Shown here: one piece after another, positions 56,348-64,000 of the stretch
Position numbering within the stretch: position 1 is the first letter of the stretch
Layout of the letters: the number at the start of each line of letters is the position of its first letter
Virus record (IMG/VR): IMGVR_UViG_3300029822_000007
Coordinates: 31 to 64,030 of that record
Length of the DNA stretch: 64,000 nucleotides
DNA from: a virus
Reading direction: 5' to 3' (one strand)
Notes under the pieces: generated by a model
The model's database searches: none
What the model saw: the letters and a program-made list of their open reading frames with translations, nothing else
What the model was told of the DNA's origin: nothing
Position numbers and translations under genes: made by a program

Positions 56348-58834
56348 TTAATAAAAATAAGCATAACCATTAAATGTTGCTCCACCACCACTGTAACAAT
56401 AAATTCTAGTGTGGTTTACATCGGTATCTTGTGTAGTAACAATTAAGTTACCAACTGTTCCATTCAATCTAACTATTGGGTGATATCCTAAATTGTGTGC
56501 AATTGTCACTGAACTTCCTGTTGGTATACTGACAGACTGTGTGTATACTGGCGTTTTACCTAAACCAAAATATTTATCAGCTGATATTGTTCCAGCACTT
56601 CCAATACTACCTCCGCCCATCATGATGTTATTTCCATTCATCCACAGATAATCATAGAAGTCTATATAACTACTATTAACTTCAACCTTACCATTTACTA
56701 AATTAACATTACTACTAACTACTAAAGAATCTGTACTTATTGAACCACTACCACTTCCGGAGCCTCCACTACCATAAACAATTAAATTACCATTAAGCAC
56801 AATATTATCATTAAATATACTATTTCCCCAAACAGTAAAATTACTACCTAATATTTGTGCCTTATATATATCAACATGTCCATTCAAAGTATCAGAGGGT
56901 TGTATAGCACCTATCGTTATAGTACCATCATCATCTGTATCTGTCCTAGATATTAAATGCTTACCAAACATTTGTATCAGTGGTAATGTATTTGCACCAT
57001 ATACCATATATCCTAAACTAATCATTTCACTTGAATTTTGGTATATGGATATTTGCTGGTCATGCAATGTTAAATAGTTTGTAGTATTATTAGTTTTTAA
57101 TGTAGTACCAATAATATCTACACCAGTAATTGTGCCACCACTTATTCTATCACCGCTTAATTCGCCAGTAGTAATTGAACTAGCATCTAAATTAACAACG
57201 CTTATCTGTGCCGCATCTAATGTTCCTGTAGTAATCTTACTAGCATCTATAGAAGCAATGATGCCGGAGTTTGCAGTAATAGTATTAGTAGCTATTTCAT
57301 TTGCAGTAATAGCATTGGCTACAACTTTATCGGCAGTAATAGTTCTATCCGTTAATGCCTCACCATTAATAGTTGTTTGACTTAGTGTCTGTGTAGCCCC
57401 GGGCAAATTATTTATTTCATAAACAATACTTTCATCGCTACCTCTAATAATTAATCTATCTACAGATAATGTTCCTGCTGTAATACTATTAGCACTTAAA
57501 TCAACAACCTTTGCATCTGTAATACTACTATCTGCTATTTGTGCAGTACCTATGGCAGAAGTAGCTATGATGCCACTATCAGCTGTAATTGTGCCAGCAA
57601 CCAATTGGTCTGCTACAATTGTATGGGCTTTTATAAGTGTACCATCTAATTCGCCTGTGGTTATATTAGTCGCATTTAGTTTAATTACATCAATTAAACT
57701 TGCATCAATTGTGCCACCGCTTATCCTATCAGCACTAAATGTCCCAGTAGTTATAGCACTTGCATCTAAATTAATTACTGCTATCTGTCCTGCATCAATA
57801 GTTCCACCTGAAATTCTATCAGCACTAAAAGTTCCTGTGGTAATACTACCTGCATCCAAATTAACCACAGAGACTTGTGAAGCATCAATAGTTCCTGTTG
57901 TTATATTACCTGCATCTAAGTTAGTTACATCAATCACACTAGCATCTATAGCTCCAGAAGTGATATTACTAGCATTAAGATTGGTAACACCAATAACATG
58001 TGCATCTATTGTACCGCCGCTAATATTACTGGCATTCAAATTAGTTACTGTAATAACCCCAGCGTCTATGGTACCAGCGGTTAATTTATCTGCACTTAAT
58101 GAATTAACCTTTTCATTAGTAACCTGCAAATCACCGATTTTGGCTGTAGTTATTGTACTATCTGCTACCTTTTCAGTAGTTACAGCTAAATCAGATATTT
58201 GTGCAGTTTGTACTTGCACATTTTTAACTTTAGTCCAATCAATACTATCAACTGCATCACCGCTAACACTACCACCATCAGTTGTTGTAATTGAATCTAC
58301 AGTTTCAGTTGTGTGTAATGATTTTTCAAATAAATCTTCCATTAATTGATACATACTATCAAACTGCACAGTATTTTGCTCCGGTTTATCCATATATTCT
58401 ACTGTTTGTATTATACGCACAGTTTGTCCAATTTCTTTCTTTGAATCCATTATAGTTACTGTATCACCAATATTGTAGCTTAATTCTGAAAAATCTTCAA
58501 AGTCTGGATTAAGTTCAGATATTCTAGCTAAATCTAAAACAGTTGCATCGAACGTGACCTGTGGCTGTGATAATATTGCTAATTTAGCTACCGCATCTTC
58601 TTTAAGTGCATTTGCATCAGTATATTGACCAGCCGACCAGTATGCTGTTATAATTTGGTCAGTGTACTGGTGGTTTTCAACATATGGCAACCCGCCATTT
58701 ACATCATTAATATACATATCATTTTGTCCTACTGGTATTAAGCCCTCTTTAGGTATCGGCATCAGACGTACTTTATTACCTTCTGGTGTTATGATTAACT
58801 GACCACTTTCTGCTATTTCTCTTAATTTTGACAT
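56348..58834 (-). CDS. Tail protein 1 C-terminal 797 aa (10-aa beta-helix-like repeats + tip domain) fused to 31 unrelated residues
   Basis: From LIPVGQ onward it continues the frame of 1..702; repeats (L/I)xAxxIxxGT; HNLGYHPIV tip. Confidence 0.85.
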   Translation of the reverse strand: MSKLREIAESGQLIITPEGNKVRLMPIPKEGLIPVGQNDMYINDVNGGLPYVENHQYTDQIITAYWSAGQYTDANALKEDAVAKLAILSQPQVTFDATVLDLARISELNPDFEDFSELSYNIGDTVTIMDSKKEIGQTVRIIQTVEYMDKPEQNTVQFDSMYQLMEDLFEKSLHTTETVDSITTTDGGSVSGDAVDSIDWTKVKNVQVQTAQISDLAVTTEKVADSTITTAKIGDLQVTNEKVNSLSADKLTAGTIDAGVITVTNLNASNISGGTIDAHVIGVTNLNASNITSGAIDASVIDVTNLDAGNITTGTIDASQVSVVNLDAGSITTGTFSADRISGGTIDAGQIAVINLDASAITTGTFSADRISGGTIDASLIDVIKLNATNITTGELDGTLIKAHTIVADQLVAGTITADSGIIATSAIGTAQIADSSITDAKVVDLSANSITAGTLSVDRLIIRGSDESIVYEINNLPGATQTLSQTTINGEALTDRTITADKVVANAITANEIATNTITANSGIIASIDASKITTGTLDAAQISVVNLDASSITTGELSGDRISGGTITGVDIIGTTLKTNNTTNYLTLHDQQISIYQNSSEMISLGYMVYGANTLPLIQMFGKHLISRTDTDDDGTITIGAIQPSDTLNGHVDIYKAQILGSNFTVWGNSIFNDNIVLNGNLIVYGSGGSGSGSGSISTDSLVVSSNVNLVNGKVEVNSSYIDFYDYLWMNGNNIMMGGGSIGSAGTISADKYFGLGKTPVYTQSVSIPTGSSVTIAHNLGYHPIVRLNGTVGNLIVTTQDTDVNHTRIYCYSGGGATFNGYAYFY
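58637..58741. repeat. 105-bp exact direct repeat, copy 2
   Basis: Identical to 1-105. Confidence 0.95.
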
Positions 58835-58862
58835 TAAACCATTTCCAATTATATTTATCTGA

Positions 58863-58894
58863 ACTGTTAGTTTATACTAATATAAACTAACAGT
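58863..58894. repeat. Perfect 14-bp inverted repeat with 4-nt loop containing the stop codon of tail protein 2
   Basis: ACTGTTAGTTTATA-ctaa-TATAAACTAACAGT. Confidence 0.9.
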
Positions 58895-61800
58895 ACCAGT
58901 CCAAAGATTACCTCCATTATTGTAATTTTTTACAGTAGTTTGATTAGTATTATTATGATATACAGTTAATATTATATTACCCGTAGACCCCGTAAATTGC
59001 ACTATAGGCATATAACCTAAATTATGCACTATAGTATGCGTATCACCATTATTTAAAGTACCTGACCATGTAGCTACAGGATATCTACCTAAACCTTGAT
59101 AATGTGCATTAGTTATAATTCCATTTTGTGCATTTAATGTTCCGCCATTCATATTTATATCATAACCATTCATAAAAAGGTTTCTATAAATATCAATATA
59201 CGAATTAGTTATTATATATGCTCCGTCGTAAATATTAATATCATTTTTAAATTGTACTGGGGATATAAAAGTAACATAACCACTACCAAACGCTGAAGCC
59301 TTAATAAGATCCAATTGTGCTACAATACCATTAGCAGAACTTAAAATTAAAACATCAGCATACAGTTCGGCTTCATTATACATCATACGTATAGTAGGTG
59401 GAGGTGTTGCAGCACTAGATTCAGTTCCACCACCGAATATAGAAATAGCCGGTAAGCCACGAAAAGCATTGTAGGCATAAAAATTATTACCAAAAAGAGT
59501 AACTCCACCTGCACCTACACCCGTATAAACCCTCCCCGCATTTATTACCGGTGCAAATATATAACCCGTATTCAAATTAATAGTTCCCTGAGCACCATTA
59601 CCAGCATCATAGTAACCTAACTTCATGACTTGTGTTGCATCCTGAAATATCTCCAAATATTGTTCATGAATCATTATATAATTATTTGTATTAGATGTTT
59701 TTAACAATGCCCCCGTAATTGTACCGCCAGAAATTATATCACCACTAATAGTACCACTCGTAATATTATTTGCATGTAAATTAATAACATCCACCACATC
59801 AGCGTCTATAGTACCTGTAGTTATTTTATTAGCATCTATAGAAGCAATAATACCATTAGAAGCCGTTATAGTGTTTGCTGCAATTTCATTTGCTGTAATA
59901 GTTTTAGCAAATATTTCATTAGCAGTTATAGTATGTGCTACAACTTTATCAGCTGTTACTGTTCTATCAGTTAAAGTTTCGCCATTAATAGTAGTATAAC
60001 CTACTACCTGTGTAGCTCCAGGTATATTATTTAATTCATAAACAATACTTTCATCGCTACCCCGAATAATCAATCTATCCACGCTTAATGTACCCGCAGT
60101 AATACTATTAGCACTTAAATCTACAACTTTAGCATCAGTGATACTACCATCAGCTATTTGTGCCGAACCTATGGCGGAATTCGCAATGATACCACTTTCT
60201 GCCGTAATAGTTCCACTAACCAACTGGTTCGCTACAATGGAATGTGCCTTTATATAGGTACCATCTAACTCACCTGCGGTGATGTTACCTGCATTCAGAT
60301 GGATAACATCAATCGTTGATGCATCAATTGTACCACCGCTTATACGGTCAGCACTAAACGTACCAGTGGTTATAGCGGATGCATCCAGTTTTACGACCGT
60401 TATTTTGGAAGCATCTAACGTTCCGCCAAATATTCTATCCGCAGTGAAAGTACCGGTAGATATCGATGAAGCATCTAAATTAATAACATCGATATATTGT
60501 GCGTCTAGTGTCCCCCCAGAAATTCTATTTGCAGATAAACTACCTGCAGTAATATTGCCTGCATTTAAATTAATAACACTAATAATGTTAGCATCTATAG
60601 TACCACCAGAAATGTTATCAGCATTAAGATTGAATACATGGATTATATCTGCATCAATAGAACCTGTAATAAGATTACTTGCATTTAGATTGATGACATT
60701 AATTATATTGGCATTGATGGTGCCCGCAGTTAGTTTATCGGCGCCTAATGAATCAACTTTTTCATTAGTAACTTGCAAATCGCCTATCTTTGCCGTGGTT
60801 ATTGTACTATCTGCTACTTTCTCAGTGGTAACTTGTAAATCACCTATTTGAGCAGTTTGTATTTGTACATTTTTTACTTTAGTCCAATCAATACTATCAA
60901 CTGAATCACCACTTACGTCACCGGTAGCTGTAGTTATATTTTGTAATTCTTGGTCTACTGCGGTGATAAGTTCAAAGTAATCTTCCATTAAATCATATTG
61001 GGATTCTAATTGAACTGTATTTTTATCTGGTTCATCCGGATACGAAACTGTTTGAACTATCCTAACTTGTCGTAATGTTTTTGATTGTCTATCACGTATA
61101 GTTATGGTATCCCCTAAATTATAAACATATTCACTATAATCAATATTATTAGTTAAACCTAATTCACTAAGTCTTGCTAAATCTAATACTGTACAATCGA
61201 TAGAAATTTTAGGTTGAGATAATATTGCTAACTTCTTAATAGCATCTTCTTTAAGGGCATTAGCATCTGTATATTGATTAGCTGACCAAAACTGTGTTAT
61301 ATTTTGATTTGTATATTGGTGGTTTTCTACATAATTTATACCGTTATTTATATCTGTAATATAAAGATTATTCGCCCCTACTGGAATTAAACGTGTCACT
61401 AAATCGTTAGTATCATATTTAACTTGAATATTTAATAAGTTAAATTTATCATCAAAGATAACACCAGCAAAATGGGGATTAAGCACCTCATTAAGATATA
61501 TAATTTTATTTTTAGCGTCAAAACGTAATTCAGTCATAAAGATTTCTGCAATTTTTTTAATTATATCTAGCGCAGTAGACTGATTCATAGCTAGACTTCT
61601 AAGTTTAACAGTACTAACATTGGTTTGAAATGTCCAACCCGTGCCAGTAAGTGCATTAGTTGCTAAAGTATTTAGTTGTGCGTTAGGTCTTGAAAAGGAT
61701 AAATTAATAGCATTAGTAAGTTCATCTAAATATACTACAGCTTTTACAGATAATATACCATCAGCCGGTGTAACTTCTTTAATAACATATAGTTGCGTAT

Positions 61801-61996
61801 CAGTTTCAATAAAATATTGGGGCTTAATTTGCGGCCCCATAACTGTTTCTACTTCTTCCCCACTAGCATCTACAACATAGTAGGGATAATTAAATTCAAG
61901 AGTGTCATTACCTTTAGTATCTTCAGTTATATGAATATCTGAAGAATATGGTAATACACCTAAGGGAGCTCTACTATCACTGCTTAAAGCTAACAT
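58877..61996 (-). CDS. Tail protein 2 (complete Tal-type endopeptidase domain + repeats + tip)
   Basis: 1039 aa, colinear paralog of reconstituted tail protein 1; TRLIPVG, HNLGYMPIV. Confidence 0.9.
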   Translation of the reverse strand: MLALSSDSRAPLGVLPYSSDIHITEDTKGNDTLEFNYPYYVVDASGEEVETVMGPQIKPQYFIETDTQLYVIKEVTPADGILSVKAVVYLDELTNAINLSFSRPNAQLNTLATNALTGTGWTFQTNVSTVKLRSLAMNQSTALDIIKKIAEIFMTELRFDAKNKIIYLNEVLNPHFAGVIFDDKFNLLNIQVKYDTNDLVTRLIPVGANNLYITDINNGINYVENHQYTNQNITQFWSANQYTDANALKEDAIKKLAILSQPKISIDCTVLDLARLSELGLTNNIDYSEYVYNLGDTITIRDRQSKTLRQVRIVQTVSYPDEPDKNTVQLESQYDLMEDYFELITAVDQELQNITTATGDVSGDSVDSIDWTKVKNVQIQTAQIGDLQVTTEKVADSTITTAKIGDLQVTNEKVDSLGADKLTAGTINANIINVINLNASNLITGSIDADIIHVFNLNADNISGGTIDANIISVINLNAGNITAGSLSANRISGGTLDAQYIDVINLDASSISTGTFTADRIFGGTLDASKITVVKLDASAITTGTFSADRISGGTIDASTIDVIHLNAGNITAGELDGTYIKAHSIVANQLVSGTITAESGIIANSAIGSAQIADGSITDAKVVDLSANSITAGTLSVDRLIIRGSDESIVYELNNIPGATQVVGYTTINGETLTDRTVTADKVVAHTITANEIFAKTITANEIAANTITASNGIIASIDANKITTGTIDADVVDVINLHANNITSGTISGDIISGGTITGALLKTSNTNNYIMIHEQYLEIFQDATQVMKLGYYDAGNGAQGTINLNTGYIFAPVINAGRVYTGVGAGGVTLFGNNFYAYNAFRGLPAISIFGGGTESSAATPPPTIRMMYNEAELYADVLILSSANGIVAQLDLIKASAFGSGYVTFISPVQFKNDINIYDGAYIITNSYIDIYRNLFMNGYDINMNGGTLNAQNGIITNAHYQGLGRYPVATWSGTLNNGDTHTIVHNLGYMPIVQFTGSTGNIILTVYHNNTNQTTVKNYNNGGNLWTGTVSLY

Positions 61997-62031
61997 TATT
62001 TAATCCCCTCCCACAGGATGATAAACTATGA

Positions 62032-62436
62032 TTAAAAATCAGTTATCATAAATTTTAGCGACATTAGTTCTTGTGGTGTAAAGTCTGTTTGACCTAAATC
62101 ATCAAAGTTGATAACATAGACCTCAAGTGTATTTTCAATATCTAACAATTCATTAAGGTCTTTTGTGAATGATTCAGGTTCAGCAATAATTACACCACCT
62201 TTTTTATCTTTTACTATTACATTGTCATCATCACGTTTACCATATTTGTCAATTAATTTATTTCTTTCCTTATCAAATGCCTTTAATTCTTTATTAAGAA
62301 TATCAATATTTTTAGTTAAGGTATAACTAGTAATAATAGGTAATGATTTAGTAAGGACCGATTTTAAACTAGTCCCAATAGTCACCATTTCTCTATTAGC
62401 TAATGTCTTTTGTAATTTTTTTAATTTAGCTCCCAT
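62032..62436 (-). CDS. Hypothetical tail-module protein, paralog of 732..1121
   Basis: Shared motifs and position. Confidence 0.7.
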   Translation of the reverse strand: MGAKLKKLQKTLANREMVTIGTSLKSVLTKSLPIITSYTLTKNIDILNKELKAFDKERNKLIDKYGKRDDDNVIVKDKKGGVIIAEPESFTKDLNELLDIENTLEVYVINFDDLGQTDFTPQELMSLKFMITDF

Positions 62437-62438
62437 GA

Positions 62439-62693
62439 TTAAGCCTCCTTATTAAATACTGGATAAACAGCATTTACTTTAGTTTGTACAGCACTATAAA
62501 ATTCTTGGAATTGCGCTTTCACTGCATCAATATTTTGAAGGGCGGTATCTTTGTCCTCAAAATATACATTGATATCGAAATTATTATCAGACAAGGTAAA
62601 TCTCATATTACCTATATTTTTCTGTACAATTTTATCATCTACTGTTTGATTTATAATAATCGCACCTGTTATATTTGTTGATTCTTTTAACAT
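62439..62693 (-). CDS. Hypothetical tail-module protein, paralog of 1142..1396
   Basis: 84 aa, NNFDI motif. Confidence 0.7.
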   Translation of the reverse strand: MLKESTNITGAIIINQTVDDKIVQKNIGNMRFTLSDNNFDINVYFEDKDTALQNIDAVKAQFQEFYSAVQTKVNAVYPVFNKEA

Positions 62694-62714
62694 TTTATAT
62701 CCTCCTTTAAAACA

Positions 62715-63527
62715 TTAAAACCACCTAGGTTTATATAATATATCTACATGCGTGTTAATTGCTACTTCATCTGCAAAGATAGCTGAAAACTTAATATTTA
62801 ATTGCATAACTTTCGGGGCAGCTATAATAGGAAAATCGCCCCTAAATCTTGATAAATCAGGAACTGTATTTGCAAGTATTTTATAAGTTTCCGCATTGAC
62901 TTCAATAAGATCACCATTACCGACATCCATTAATGCAAATTGGTCTGTAACATAGTCATTTAATATTTCAAATACTGGGTCTTTATTAAAAGCTAAATAT
63001 ATTAAATGGTCAGTAGTTGCACCATTTAATATTTTAAATCTTACAATTAAAGGCGTAAATTCATTACCTATTGTAGTAAAATTAATTGTAGCTGCTTGTG
63101 ACGTATCTGTAAATGTAATATCTTGACCTATAGTAATAACACTTCCATAACCTCGCCCAGCCGTTAACGTAGCTTCTATAATATATCTACAGGTATCATA
63201 ACCTGTATCAGTATCACCATACCAAGTTATTGTAGGTTCATTAGTCATATATACATTAAATGATTGTCCTATATCTGTAAAACCTAAGCTACAGTTTACA
63301 AAATTCTTTAATAGATTACTAACTTTTTGTAATGTTAAATCTTTAGTAGTATCTTCTACTAAACACGTAACTTTAATTTCTTTTTCTTGTGCTTGTTGTT
63401 GTGCTATCAAAGGGTTAGCAGCTTTCTTATACCATTGTATTGCGTAATTAACCTTAGAAGGTCCAACAGAATAATCTACTAAGGTAATATCTGTTCTTGC
63501 AACCCCATTTATAATTAAATCAGCCAT
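62715..63527 (-). CDS. Distal tail protein (Dit) 2
   Basis: Paralog of 1415..2251 (TWYGD, GDFP, YKPRWF). Confidence 0.75.
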   Translation of the reverse strand: MADLIINGVARTDITLVDYSVGPSKVNYAIQWYKKAANPLIAQQQAQEKEIKVTCLVEDTTKDLTLQKVSNLLKNFVNCSLGFTDIGQSFNVYMTNEPTITWYGDTDTGYDTCRYIIEATLTAGRGYGSVITIGQDITFTDTSQAATINFTTIGNEFTPLIVRFKILNGATTDHLIYLAFNKDPVFEILNDYVTDQFALMDVGNGDLIEVNAETYKILANTVPDLSRFRGDFPIIAAPKVMQLNIKFSAIFADEVAINTHVDILYKPRWF

Positions 63528-64000
63528 TAGACCCTCCCCTTTGTTCTTCCTGCAATTGTTCTACTAATTCTTGTCGATAAATAATCAATAGCTTCCTTAT
63601 TAGTAAATGCATAATTGCCATTCAAATTAATATTTACCGGCATTGCAGCATTATTAGTTGATGCCATTTGAGTTTGAGTAGCTACATCCAAACCTTTAGC
63701 ATTTTGCATCACATTTTGTAAATTAGCAATAGTAGAAAGTAAATTTAAACTATCTTTGTTATTTAATACTGTTTCGCCGCCCTGAAATAATTTTAAAGCT
63801 TTGCCACCAACAATTTCAAGACCCTTCTCTGCAACAGCATGCATACCGCTCATAGCACTTTTAACACCATTAGCATAACCAACGTAATTACCCCCAAATA
63901 AATTAGGGATATTATATGGTGAACCGTAACGTGCTTTTATATAATTAATAGAAGACATTAAATTATCAATAGGATTAGTAATATTACCATGACCCCTAGC
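63527..64000 (-). CDS. Tape measure protein 2, C-terminal part (frame open to the window edge)
   Basis: [32 protein letters not shown]... aligns with the end of TMP 2251..5340. Confidence 0.85.
   Translation of the reverse strand, partial: ARGHGNITNPIDNLMSSINYIKARYGSPYNIPNLFGGNYVGYANGVKSAMSGMHAVAEKGLEIVGGKALKLFQGGETVLNNKDSLNLLSTIANLQNVMQNAKGLDVATQTQMASTNNAAMPVNINLNGNYAFTNKEAIDYLSTRISRTIAGRTKGRV

Noticed and set aside
58877-58879. Genome-wide TAG recoding
   Set aside because: TAG is an ordinary stop at 13785, 32946, 42415, 49406 and 51550, and genes are not fragmented under code 11.
58863-58894. Hairpin at the end of a tail gene as a diversity-generating retroelement signal
   Set aside because: There is no reverse transcriptase in the window and no TR/VR pair differing only at adenines.
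58742-64000. Invertible shufflon-type tail switch
   Set aside because: Both modules are in direct orientation, and I saw no serine or tyrosine recombinase and no inverted crossover sites.
1-64000. Prophage, integrase, repressor or tRNA genes
   Set aside because: No recombinase, CI/Cro pair, att-flanked host genes or T-loop GGTTCGA context was found by eye; tRNAscan-SE would be decisive for tRNAs.

Overview
The window is essentially one complete genome of a low-GC Clostridium siphovirus, with all real genes on the minus strand. Its endolysin matches, from memory, CTP1L of the C. tyrobutyricum phage phiCTP1 almost residue for residue. Read from high to low coordinates, it contains a tail-tip module, lysis genes, early genes, a large replication/recombination/nucleotide-metabolism region, two sigma-like factors, two DNA methyltransferases, then terminase, portal, head and tail genes. 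The replication region encodes an initiator, loader, helicase, primase, class III RNR, PolA, a beta-clamp, DnaX/HolB/HolA-like clamp-loader subunits, RecA, RecU and a Cas4-like nuclease. I saw no integrase, repressor, tRNA or CRISPR array, which fits a virulent lifestyle. Main observations: (1) A candidate virion O-glycosylation system: a DxD glycosyltransferase with motifs resembling plant peptide O-glycosyltransferases (CAZy GT95/GT96) sits directly behind the major tail gene, and the tail tube, head-decoration and portal proteins all end in mucin-like T(n)-x-(A/E)P-T(n) tails. (2) Bases 1-105 are identical to 58637-58741, which closes a 58,636-bp circle and rejoins a split tail protein. Bases 58742-64000 are a second, divergent tail-tip module with a different restriction-site signature, so it is either a real tail-swap insertion or a chimeric assembly. 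(3) Two promoter classes are visible: 7 sigmaA-type early promoters and 8 copies of a non-canonical ACTTTAAT-N15-TGATATAAT motif. (4) A cassette encoding a Cys-cluster protein, a methyltransferase and a PLP-fold protein may modify DNA. All family assignments come from motif recognition by eye; no searches were run.
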